Assembly: GCA_963762565.1 (NCBI GenBank)
Contig: CAVXLD010000003.1
Span: forward strand, 256,001-320,000
Direction: 5' to 3'
Length of the DNA stretch: 64,000 bases
Source of the DNA: an uncultured Verrucomicrobiae bacterium
Lineage (GTDB): Bacteria; Verrucomicrobiota; Verrucomicrobiia; Chthoniobacterales; JAFAMB01
The position numbers and the translations under genes were made by a program. Of the stretch, positions 1 to 8,708 are shown piece by piece; within the stretch, counting starts at the first letter, position 1; each line of letters opens with the position of its first letter. The notes beneath the pieces were generated by a model that saw nothing but the letters and a program-made list of their open reading frames with translations, was not told the DNA's origin and ran no database searches.

Positions 1-140
1 CAGCCGCCGCAGATCTTGATCGTTGTAAGAACGGTAGCCACCGTACGGCTTCGCAGGAAGGTCGATCAGACGATCCTTTGATAATATCGGATAGTCTCGA
101 CATTGACGCCGACGGATCTGGCAAGCTGGCCAACGCGCAT
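1..140 (-). pseudogene. MerR-family regulator, N-terminal part (frameshifted; runs off the window start)
   Basis: Manual translation from ATG at 140 gives MRVGQLARSVGVNVETIRYYQRI. After a 1-nt shift near 70 it continues (G)LIDLPAKPYGGYRSYNDQDLRRL, a classic MerR HTH. Not in the ORF track. May be a sequencing indel. Confidence 0.8.
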
Positions 141-488
141 TTGAGGGATGGAACGGATTCAGCGGAACAGCGGGTTCAATACACTAACTGGGGCAGAATA
201 GCCAAGCGCGCAAAGACTTTTGAGAACGAGATTTCTCCAAGGCACAGCAGAAGTTGAACTTAGGCAAGTTGTGAATAAAATCATGAAAAGGGAGTCCTAT
301 CAGTTGGAGGCGGTTCAGTACGTTTGCGCCTCGACTGGCATTGGCACATCGCTGAACCGCTTTTACGATGGGCCACCGAGACGGGTGCTCCCCGAGAAAT
401 TCCGGCTCGGCGAGCTGCGGAGAGTCACACACTTTAAGCCAATAAACCCGAGAAAGCTGCCAGTGGTTTTCTCATGGAGTTGTAATTT

Positions 489-1322
489 ATGAGTGGGTCA
501 GTGTTTTCCGCTGGTTGCTGCCAGCAGCCGTGGCCGCGCTGTTAACGATTCCACTGCAAACGGCCGCTGCGAGCTCAATGGGCGGCGGGGGCCGCGGTGG
601 TATGGGAGGCGGGCATGGGATGGGTGGCATGGGCAGAGGGTTTGGTGGGCGAGGGATGATGATGCACAATCGCTCAGCGATGGGATCTCGTTTCTTTAGC
701 CGCAATGGAACGAATTTTAGCCACAACGGAATGAATTTTAGCCAACGGAACGAATCATTTTGCATCGCACCAGAATCTCGCCTCTCGAAGCCATAACTTC
801 GATCGGTTCCATAACAATCGTTTTGACCGGGACGACCGTTTTGGTCGTTTTGACAGAGACGATCGATTTGGTCGTTTTGACCGGGACGATCTCGTTTCTT
901 CTTCAACCATCATTTCTTCGTTGGGTTTAACTTCGGCGCTTTTGGTTGGTGGCCAGGGTGGGGGTGGGGCGGACCGTGGTGGTGGGGTTGGGATGGATGG
1001 GCGTACCGTATGACTACTACGGTTACGGTTACCCGTACGGTTATGATTACTCTGCCGACTATGATGACCCACCGCCGAGCGATTCGCAGTACGGATCTAA
1101 GGAGTACTGGAGCGATCTGGCTATGTCAGTTCAAACAAACTGACCGATGACGGTTATTATCACGGGCAGATTGACGGCGTGCTCGGTTCCAGCAGTCTTG
1201 AAGCGATCCGGCAGTTTCAATCGGATCATGGGTTGTCTGCTAACGGGAAGATTGATCCCAAGTTGCTGGACGCCCTTGGCATACAGTACAACCAGCAAAA
1301 TGAACAGCAAAACGCCGGATAA
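489..1322 (+). pseudogene. Secreted Gly-rich protein with C-terminal peptidoglycan-binding (PG_binding_1-like) domain, several frameshifts
   Basis: Stitched frames give a signal peptide (..RWLLPAAVAALLTIPLQTAAA), an MGGG-rich linker, RFDRDDRFG repeats, a W/G/Y-rich stretch, then VQT(K)LTDDGYYHGQIDGVLGSSSLEAIRQFQSDHGLSANGKIDPKLLDALG. TAA at 1320-1322. Confidence 0.7.
819..890 (+). repeat. 27-bp coding tandem repeat (about 2.7 copies, RFDRDDRFG)
   Basis: cgttttgac(c/a)g(g/a)gacga(c/t)cg(t/a)tttggt is repeated. Confidence 0.8.
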
Positions 1323-1359
1323 ACAGCAAAGGGATATCTCTTGAGGGCTATCTCTCTGT

Positions 1360-2553
1360 CTACTGCAGCAGAACGCAGTTTGGTTGGAGCAGAGGGAAGG
1401 CGATCAAGCCGATAACGGCGGTTACGGCGACGAGCAAGGGGTTACTGACTTCCACTTGAACAAAATGACGAGGCTGCCTAGAGCGATCAAGGCGGTAAGC
1501 CAGTCTCCGATGGCAATCTTACCAACAGCACACAGGCTCCTAAGATCGTGCGATGGCAGCTGCGTAAGCCCCTTTTACGAACCCTTGCACGATCAAATTG
1601 TTGCGATGTAGAGTGAGGATCGGCGCAACAAAAAGGATGAGCAGGAACGAAGGTAGGAAGATTCAGACAGTCGCAACCAACGATCCCCAAAAGCCAGCCA
1701 CCAGATAGCCGACAAACGTTGCGGTGATGACCACCGGTCCGGGACTGAGCATGCCGACCGCAACCGCGACGAAAAACTCGCGGCCGTTGAGCCAACCGGT
1801 TTGCTGGACTAGTCCTTTTTCTAGGAATGGCACGATGACCAGCCGCTGCCAAACGTGAGGCTGCCTGCTTTAAAGAAAAAAGTGAACAAGTGGCCGAGAG
1901 TGGCGGTTGCCGGCTGGCGCTACCGCGCTTATGGGGATCAGCGCGACCGCTCCCGAAGCTGGCGGCGCCTTGCGTGGTCTAAGAAAAGAACCGTAATGGA
2001 GTATCCCGATAATGCCCGCACCGACAAAGAGCACCGCCACTCCGCTCGAAAGACGATGGTGATGACAAAACAGATGGTTGCAATGACCACTGCAACCAAT
2101 CTTCCATGCCTAGCTTTGACAGTCGCCAGCATGAATGAAGGATCAGCGCGATGACGGCAGGGCTAACACCATAAAAAATAGCAGTCATCCACGATAGCCC
2201 GCCGAAATGGACATAGAGAGCAGCTAGCACGGCTACGATCAAAAAGTTAGGCAGAATGAAGGCCAGCCTCCTGCCCATGCGCCCCAGAAACCGCCGCGAA
2301 GATACGAAGCGAAAATGCCGACCGGATGGCAAGAGGTCCGGAAGGGCTTGGGAGATCGCGATTGCATCTCTCATCTCTTGCTTGGTCAGCCAACCGCGCT
2401 CCTGGAGCTCTTTTTCCATCAAGCCGCACAATGCTACCGGACCACCAAAACCAGGGTGCCTAATCGGAGAAAATAGCCAACGAGGTCGCGGATTCGGGGT
2501 GCGGGCGTTGCCGAATTTGCGGGGGCAGCGTCTCCCATAGGATCATTGTTCAT
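1360..2553 (-). pseudogene. chrA: Chromate efflux transporter (CHR family), multiple frameshifts
   Basis: Fragments across frames: YFLRLGTL/GFGGPVALCGLMEKEL, AISQALP, FILPNFL, FYGVSPAVIALILHS, and C-terminal AVIGLIAFPLLQP. Confidence 0.8.
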
Positions 2554-2565
2554 GATCTTTTGAAG

Positions 2566-2804
2566 ACAGCGCGAATCCGAAGCATCAGTTGACATAGGTA
2601 TATCGTAATGTAAGAGATGTAACGTAAACTGGAAATACTTAGGTGGACTTATATGAAGTGTCAATCATTTCTCGGCGTCATTAGTGCTGCTACGCCGGTT
2701 GCCGGCCATGAAAACTTACTCTCCATCGCCGGTGAAAGCCGGGATCCACTGGGTAAGGCTTCTCATTTCATGCCTCTTTGCGTTCCCGGCGGTCTCAAGC
2801 CGCG
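2566..2804 (+). repeat. About 240-bp direct repeat, copy 1 (chrA/YncE divergent promoter region plus YncE 5' end)
   Basis: Near-identical to 4049..4291 apart from a few substitutions and indels. Confidence 0.95.
2589..2664. promoter_or_regulatory. Candidate overlapping sigma70 promoters for chrA and the YncE-like gene
   Basis: Perfect TTGACA on + (2589) and on - (TGTCAA at 2659-2664) in an AT-rich spacer. The -10 boxes are weak. Confidence 0.4.
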
Positions 2805-3743
2805 GACAAAATCCCGGCTCGTTAAAGTTGGAGCAAAAAATTCCGTTACCAGGCGTCATAGGAAGGATCGATCATTTTTCGGCTGATATTCAAGGAAACC
2901 GTCTGTTCGTAGTCGCCTTGGGAAACGGGTCGGTCGAGGTTCTCGATGTGGGGCGCGGGGAGCGCAGTTCTGAGATTAAAGGGCTGAAAGAGCCGCAGGG
3001 GGTTCTCTATGACGCTGCACGCAATCAGCTCTTTGTGGCTACGGGCGGTGACGGTAAGGTGCGCATTTACGATGGGAAATCCCTGGATCTGGAATCGACG
3101 GTCGATTTTGGTGATGACGCCGATAACCTCCGCGTCGATACCAAATCTGGAGATATCTGCGTAGGGTTTGGAAGCGGCGGGATCGGCACTATCGATTCCT
3201 CAGGCCAAAAAGTTGGAACGATCTCGTTGGGCAGCCACCCGGAATCGTTCCAGTTCGATGAAGCCGCGGACCGGGTCTACGTAAATGTTCCTAAACAATT
3301 GGGTGTCGCGGTCATCGATTGGAAGAAGCGTGCGGTAGTTGGGAAATGGGCCTTGGGTCTTTCTTTTGCAAACTACCCAATGGCCTTGGACCGGGCGAAT
3401 CGAAGGCTTTTCGTCGGATGTCGATTACCTGCGCGATTGGTGATCTTAAACGCAAACTCGGGCCAGGTTATCCAGACACTAGCGGCGGTCGGTGATGCTG
3501 ACGAGGTCTTCTACGACGAAAAAAGGCGATGCATTTACATAGTCGGCGGTGACGGCGCGATCGACATTTTTCGCCAAGATGATCCAGACCATTACGAGCC
3601 CGCGGCAGAACGGTTACGGCGCAGGCGCGCGAACTGGTTATTGGTGGCCGAGTTCTGATCGACTATACGTAGCAGCTCCAGCAAAGGGGGGACAAGCAGC
3701 CGCGGTGCTGGTGTATGCTGTAGGTGAAGCTTTGGGAAATTGA
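2708..3743 (+). CDS. YncE/YVTN-type beta-propeller protein (frameshift near 3605-3615)
   Basis: GRIDH, DADN, HPESF and NYPMALD motifs. The conserved GARTG C-terminus is in the next frame (ORF 3549..3743). Confidence 0.75.
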
Positions 3744-3751
3744 AGAGTTCG

Positions 3752-3930
3752 TCGTGAGGCGCCTCGTTTTTGGAGTGTGGTGGGCCCATCGCCGGGAGGG
3801 ATCGCGTCCTCGTACGGCAGCTGCCGGATTGTGACCCAAACCGGAGACGTGTTTTGATCGTGGACGAAAATACGCCGGTGGGTGGTGGCACGTCATCGCG
3901 GCGCGCGGGGACGCGCGCCCTCCCCGAATT
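3752..3930 (+). repeat. REPIN/MITE-like element (GGGAGGGATCGCGTCCTCG...CGGGGACGCGCGCCCTCCC)
   Basis: Imperfect inverted arms. Homologous to the reverse complement of 42968..43206, and its 3' end recurs at 4292..4395. Confidence 0.75.
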
Positions 3931-4048
3931 GTCGTAATCCAAAATGCCAATCGCAAGCTCTTTATTGGGTTGTGTTGGACGCGGGACGATTCGCGATCAC
4001 AAACCCGGGGCGCCAAATAGATGCGATGAAAGGCAAATGTAAGAAGCA

Positions 4049-4291
4049 ACAGCGCGAATCCGAAGCATCAGTTGACATAGGTATATCGTAATGTAAGAGA
4101 TGTAACGAAAACTGGAAATACTTAGATGGACTTGTATGAAGTGTCAATCATTTCTCGGCGTCATTAGTGCTGCTACGCCGGTTGCCGGCCGTTGAAAACT
4201 TACTCTCCAGCGCCAATGAAAGCCGGGATCCATTGGGTAAGGCTTCTCATTTCATGCCTCTTTGCGTTTCTCCCGGCGGTCTCAAGCCGCG
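4049..4291 (+). repeat. About 240-bp direct repeat, copy 2 (truncated YncE start fused to a REPIN end)
   Basis: Matches 2566..2804, then switches to the sequence seen at 3891. Confidence 0.95.
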
Positions 4292-4427
4292 TCATCGCGG
4301 CGCGCGGGGATCCGACGTCGCCGCGCTGGGAGAAAAATCGATTTGGTTGCCTCAGGCTATGTCGGACAGGCAGCGCGCCCTCCCCGAATTGCACCCCGCG
4401 GCGGCGAAAGCGAAAGCCGGCGTTCAT

Positions 4428-6296
4428 TTAAAACCCTGGTGGCCTCAGATTCACAAAGCCGGACGTGGTTTGATAGGCGCGGGCGAAGGACAGGAGCTTC
4501 GGGTCCTGATAAAGGTTGCCGAGGAAAGTAATGCTGAGCGGTGTACCGGGTCCACCGATGCTGTCGTCGTCGCCGGTGTCGATCGCAGGCGGTTTAGGAG
4601 CGTCCTGGCCTCGGATACCATTTGGAACGATGACGGCGGGGTGTCCGGTGAGATTGGTGATGGTTAGCTGCGTGCCTGACGATGAAGGGACCACAATCAC
4701 ATCGACTTTGGAGAAGATTTCGGCCATAGCGCGCATCAACTCAGTTCGAGCCCGGTTGGCCTGGATATAATCAACTGCTGGAAAGAATCGGCTAACCCGG
4801 AACAAGTTGGGCCAATCCTCCGAGCCTTGCTCTGTAAGAAGGGCATCTCGTCCGCTCAGGGTTAGATCATCGAAGGCGGCCGCTGCTTCCGCGGTGAGAA
4901 GGTTGGCGATGGCGTCGACGGGAAAATCAGGGAGCTCGACCGGCTGAAGATCGATGCCCATTTTTTTGAGGCGTCCGAGTGTGGCCACATCGTACTGGCG
5001 GTCGTAATCGGCGCGGGCCCGAGCAGCGGCGCGATCCGCCTTTCCGTCATCCCATTCTTTCAACTCCTCTGGGCTGGCGTCGTCCGGCGGAGTATCGTCT
5101 TGTTTCGGTGGTTCAAAGGCGCTCTTGGCATAACCGACCTTGAGTGAACGCCAATCGAATTTTGCGTCCCAAGAAAACGGGGCTGCATGAACGGTGAGAT
5201 CGGAGCCGTCCGGGCCGTAGATCGCTTGCATCACCAACGCACAGTCTTCCACGGAGCGGCAGATCGGTCCGAGTTTATCCATCGTCCAGGCCAGAGCCAT
5301 CGCTCCGGTGCGAGGTACAAAACCAAAAGTTGGTCGGTAACCGCTGGTGGCGCAGCGAGTTGAGGGAGAGGAGATCGAACCGAGGGTCTCAGATCCGATC
5401 GCGAACCCGAGGCATCCGGTTGCAGTTGCAGAGGCTGAGCCCGCCGATGAACCGCTTGAGCCTTGATCGGGATTCCACGGGTTTCGAGTCCTGCCGCCGA
5501 ACCATTTGTCACCCATGGCCAGCGCGCCAAGAGTGAGTTTTGCCACCAGGATAGCGCCCGCTTCGTCCAAGCGTTTAACCACGGTCGCATCGGCATCGAA
5601 GGCTTGTTCCTGAAACCCGCCTGCACCCCAAGTGGTGGGATAATCTTTAACGGCAAGCAGATCCTTGGCGCCCCAAGGAATTCCATGAAGCGGTCCACGG
5701 TAGCGACCGGCGGCAATCTCTCGATCGACTTCCTTTGCCTGGGCTATGGCGCGCTCGTCAGTCAGGGTGATGAGAAAATGAAGCCGCGAATCAAGGCGCT
5801 TGAGTCGAGCCAAATACATTTGGGTAAGGTCGACTGCCTTGATCTTTTGCCGTCTTAAAAGGTCTCCTAACTCCCGCACCGGGGAATAGGCAAGCTGCTC
5901 GAGATCCTTTGGGACTTCCGAATCCGCGATGTTTGGCGCCTCGCTAATCGCCTTGGCAGTTCGTACCGGTTCCGTCTCGGTGGGAAATCGCGAGACGAGG
6001 AGCGGATCGAATCGATAAGCCGGGGGCACATCATTTTTCAGATTAAGTTTGCGTACGGCTTTGATCCCGCGCAGCTGCTGATTAAGCTTTACCAGCATAT
6101 CTTTCTTCTGACCTGGCGTGATGGAGACCCCGGCCAAAAATGCGGCCTCATCGATCATGGTGTCGTCGATCTGCATCGTCGGGTTTTGCGAAGCCAGCGC
6201 GTACAGAGCGCCGGCAAAAAAATTGGAGGTCACGCCGATGCCGGCGCAAGCCGCGAGAAAAGCACGTCGATTGGCGTGTCTAACCAGGTCATTCAT
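4428..6296 (-). CDS. Amidase-signature family amidase with Tat-like leader
   Basis: GPLHGIPWGAKD, GSSGSSAGS and GSETLGSI motifs. RRAFLA leader. Start taken at MNDLVRH. Confidence 0.88.
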   Translation of the reverse strand: MNDLVRHANRRAFLAACAGIGVTSNFFAGALYALASQNPTMQIDDTMIDEAAFLAGVSITPGQKKDMLVKLNQQLRGIKAVRKLNLKNDVPPAYRFDPLLVSRFPTETEPVRTAKAISEAPNIADSEVPKDLEQLAYSPVRELGDLLRRQKIKAVDLTQMYLARLKRLDSRLHFLITLTDERAIAQAKEVDREIAAGRYRGPLHGIPWGAKDLLAVKDYPTTWGAGGFQEQAFDADATVVKRLDEAGAILVAKLTLGALAMGDKWFGGRTRNPWNPDQGSSGSSAGSASATATGCLGFAIGSETLGSISSPSTRCATSGYRPTFGFVPRTGAMALAWTMDKLGPICRSVEDCALVMQAIYGPDGSDLTVHAAPFSWDAKFDWRSLKVGYAKSAFEPPKQDDTPPDDASPEELKEWDDGKADRAAARARADYDRQYDVATLGRLKKMGIDLQPVELPDFPVDAIANLLTAEAAAAFDDLTLSGRDALLTEQGSEDWPNLFRVSRFFPAVDYIQANRARTELMRAMAEIFSKVDVIVVPSSSGTQLTITNLTGHPAVIVPNGIRGQDAPKPPAIDTGDDDSIGGPGTPLSITFLGNLYQDPKLLSFARAYQTTSGFVNLRPPGF

Positions 6297-6349
6297 AGGG
6301 GATTTAAGCCTTTTGTAGTTTGGCGGCTCTCCGCACGAAAGAAGAAAAA

Positions 6350-6585
6350 TCTCACGCAAAGACGCAAAGGCGCAAGGGTTAAGGCATTTCACAGAAGATC
6401 ACAAAGGACACAGAGGCAGATTTCAAACAGGAGCTAACAGAGGTAACGGAGGTTCTGACCCAAATCGGCTTTGCCTTCGGCACATGCTATATACTTCCCC
6501 TTTTTCAAAAAGTCTGTCTTTGTGTCCTTCGTGATCTTCTGTTGAATGTCTTAAACTTTGCGGCTTTGCGTCTTTGCGTGAGTTT
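6350..6585. repeat. Nested inverted repeat (CGCAAAG arrays and CACAGAAGATCACAAAGGAC)
   Basis: ctcacgcaaagacgcaaag pairs with ctttgcgtctttgcgtgag. acagaagatcacaaaggacaca pairs with tgtgtccttcgtgatcttctgt. Confidence 0.8.
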
Positions 6586-6652
6586 TTCATCTTGGCGTAG
6601 ATCTAACTCCCGGGTATACGAGACGGCCGTGTAGTGAACGGCACGCCTGGCC

Positions 6653-7783
6653 ATGAGTTTTCGATCCAAACTAGCCCCTAAGCGCAGTCGCCGGCTTTTG
6701 GCTTGCGATGGCGGCGGGATGCGAGGGCTGATCAGTATCGAGGTGCTAGCCAGGGTCGAAAAAGAGCTGCGTGGCCTCACCGGTCAACCAGCGTTGGTCC
6801 TGGCTGATTTCTTTGATTACGTAGGAGGGACAAGTTGTGGCGCCATCATCGCTGCTCTGATTGCGATGGGGAAATCAATGGACGATATCAGGACGTTCTT
6901 TGTCGCCTCTTGTCCAGACATGTTTCTCAAGGCTAGGCTTTGGGAAAGGTGGCACTCTAAGTTTCGCAATGATGCGCTTTCGGCCCGTTTGCGCGGGTTA
7001 TTCGGCGACGCCAAATTGGGCTCGGACCGTCTCCAAACCTTGCTGATGCTGGTTTTATCGAATGCCAGTACTAGCTCGCCTTGGCCGGTCTGTAATAACC
7101 CGGCAGCAATGTATAACGACCGCCGGCTGCCCGACTGTAACTTGGAACTGCCATTGTGGCAGCTGGTTCGGGCCAGCACAGCTGCGCCAACTTATTTTCC
7201 GCCGGAAGTAATCAACATCGGGACTCGATCGTTTGTCTTTGTGGACGGCGCTATGACCATGTACCACAACCCGGCTTTCCAGCTTTTCTTGATGGCTACC
7301 GCTGAGGTTTACCGATTGGGTTGGGAGGTCGGTGTTGATCGGCTCCTGTTAATGTCGGTTGGCAGCGGCAACAGTACCGGGACTGAGGCCAACCTGAGTC
7401 CGCAGGAAATGAATATCCTATATCATGCCAGCCGAGTACCCGCTTCGCTCCTGGCAGCTGCCCAACAAGAACAAGATTTCCTCTGCCGGATCTTTGGCGA
7501 GACGTTGGAGGGGGAACCACTGGATTCGGAGATTGGCGATGTTCGGGGTAAGGGCATTCCCGGTAGTCCGAAGTTGTTTAGTTACGTACGCTATAATGCT
7601 GAGCTGTCTCGAGCGGGCCTAGATTGGCTCGGTTTACCAAATGTTAATCCAGCCCATGTGCATCCGATGGATGCAGTCGAGTTCCTGGACGAGGTTCGGC
7701 AGATCGGTGTTGCGTTGGGCGAGAGGAAAGTAACACCGGAACATTTTGCCCAATTCATCCCGGAGGAGGTCAACCGCAGATGA
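6653..7783 (+). CDS. Patatin-like phospholipase
   Basis: DGGGMRG, GTSCG, ASTAAPTYF and DGA motifs. Confidence 0.9.
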   Translation: MSFRSKLAPKRSRRLLACDGGGMRGLISIEVLARVEKELRGLTGQPALVLADFFDYVGGTSCGAIIAALIAMGKSMDDIRTFFVASCPDMFLKARLWERWHSKFRNDALSARLRGLFGDAKLGSDRLQTLLMLVLSNASTSSPWPVCNNPAAMYNDRRLPDCNLELPLWQLVRASTAAPTYFPPEVINIGTRSFVFVDGAMTMYHNPAFQLFLMATAEVYRLGWEVGVDRLLLMSVGSGNSTGTEANLSPQEMNILYHASRVPASLLAAAQQEQDFLCRIFGETLEGEPLDSEIGDVRGKGIPGSPKLFSYVRYNAELSRAGLDWLGLPNVNPAHVHPMDAVEFLDEVRQIGVALGERKVTPEHFAQFIPEEVNRR

Positions 7784-8040
7784 ACGCAGATTGACGCAGA
7801 CAAAAGACCAACCGCGAATGGACGCGAATCCGCCGATCACGGAGAGAAAGGATTATCCGCAGATTACGCAGATTTCGTTTCAAGGCCGGACTTAGCGGCT
7901 GAGCCTTTGAAACCGCTCTGATAGCACCAGCGCCTCTAGCTCGTTGGCGGCGATCAACCTGACGGCCAAATCTGCGTAAATCTGCGTCCATCTGCGGTTA
8001 ATTCGTTTTTGTCTTCCTGGTCTTTGTGATCTTCTGTGTA
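7772..8040. repeat. Inverted CGCAGAT-array repeat
   Basis: accgcagatgaacgcagattgacgcaga pairs with tctgcgtaaatctgcgtccatctgcggt. Confidence 0.75.
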
Positions 8041-8067
8041 AGTTGTTAGGTTGGTCAGCTAATACGT

Positions 8068-8502
8068 GTGAAGACAGTTTATATCCTGAATGGTCCGAAT
8101 CTGAATTTGCTTGGCACTCGTGAGCCCGAGATTTACGGGAAAACCACGCTGGCTGAGATCGAGGAGTCCTGCCGGAATTTTGGGTCGAAGCATGGGCTGG
8201 AGATCGAGTTTCTCCAAAGCAATCACGAGGGCCAGTTGATTGATTGGATCCAGGATGCCGGGAAAAAGAGCCAAGGAATTCTGATTAATCCGGCCGCCTA
8301 CACGCACACTTCGATTGCGATCCGGGATGCGTTAAGCGCCGTCCAGGTCCCGGTGATAGAAATCCATTTGTCGAATGTTCATCGGCGGGAACATTTTCGT
8401 CATCGGTCATACGTTTCTCAGGTAGCGACCGGTGTGATCTGCGGGTTCGGGGCGGCAGGGTATGTGTTGGGGTTGCAGGCTCTGCTGGGGTTAGATTGGT
8501 AG
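8068..8502 (+). CDS. aroQ: Type II 3-dehydroquinate dehydratase
   Basis: [33 protein letters not shown] and HLSNVHRRE motifs. Confidence 0.97.
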   Translation: MKTVYILNGPNLNLLGTREPEIYGKTTLAEIEESCRNFGSKHGLEIEFLQSNHEGQLIDWIQDAGKKSQGILINPAAYTHTSIAIRDALSAVQVPVIEIHLSNVHRREHFRHRSYVSQVATGVICGFGAAGYVLGLQALLGLDW

Positions 8503-8704
8503 GGCGAGGCTCCGGAATAGCCGAATAGGGATCGCAGGGCGAAATGACGTTTCGTTGGTTTATAGGGCGCCACGCATGAAAGCTGCCGAGCCGTGGGTTG
8601 CGCGACCCACGGCTCGGCAGCGTGGAGACGTGGTATCCTACTGACCAACGAGACGCCGCTTGGCACCGCGAGTCTATTCGGCTATTCCGGAGCCTCGCCC
8701 TACC
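8498..8704. repeat. GTAG-family REP doublet (REPIN), family A
   Basis: Perfect 31-bp arms GGTAGGGCGAGGCTCCGGAATAGCCGAATAG with an inner GCCGAGCCGTGG..CCACGGCTCGGC hairpin. Confidence 0.92.
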
Positions 8705-8708
8705 AATC

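Noticed and set aside
184..492. Short ORFs between merR and the PG-binding gene
   Set aside because: No motifs, and I could not identify a MerR operator with confidence.
4167..4667. ORFs resembling those at 2653/2684 and 42880-43179
   Set aside because: The similarity comes from duplicated non-coding and repeat DNA, not from a protein family.
6653..7783. Patatin as a CBASS CapV-type defence effector
   Set aside because: No cyclase or other defence genes nearby; it is flanked by an amidase and aroQ.
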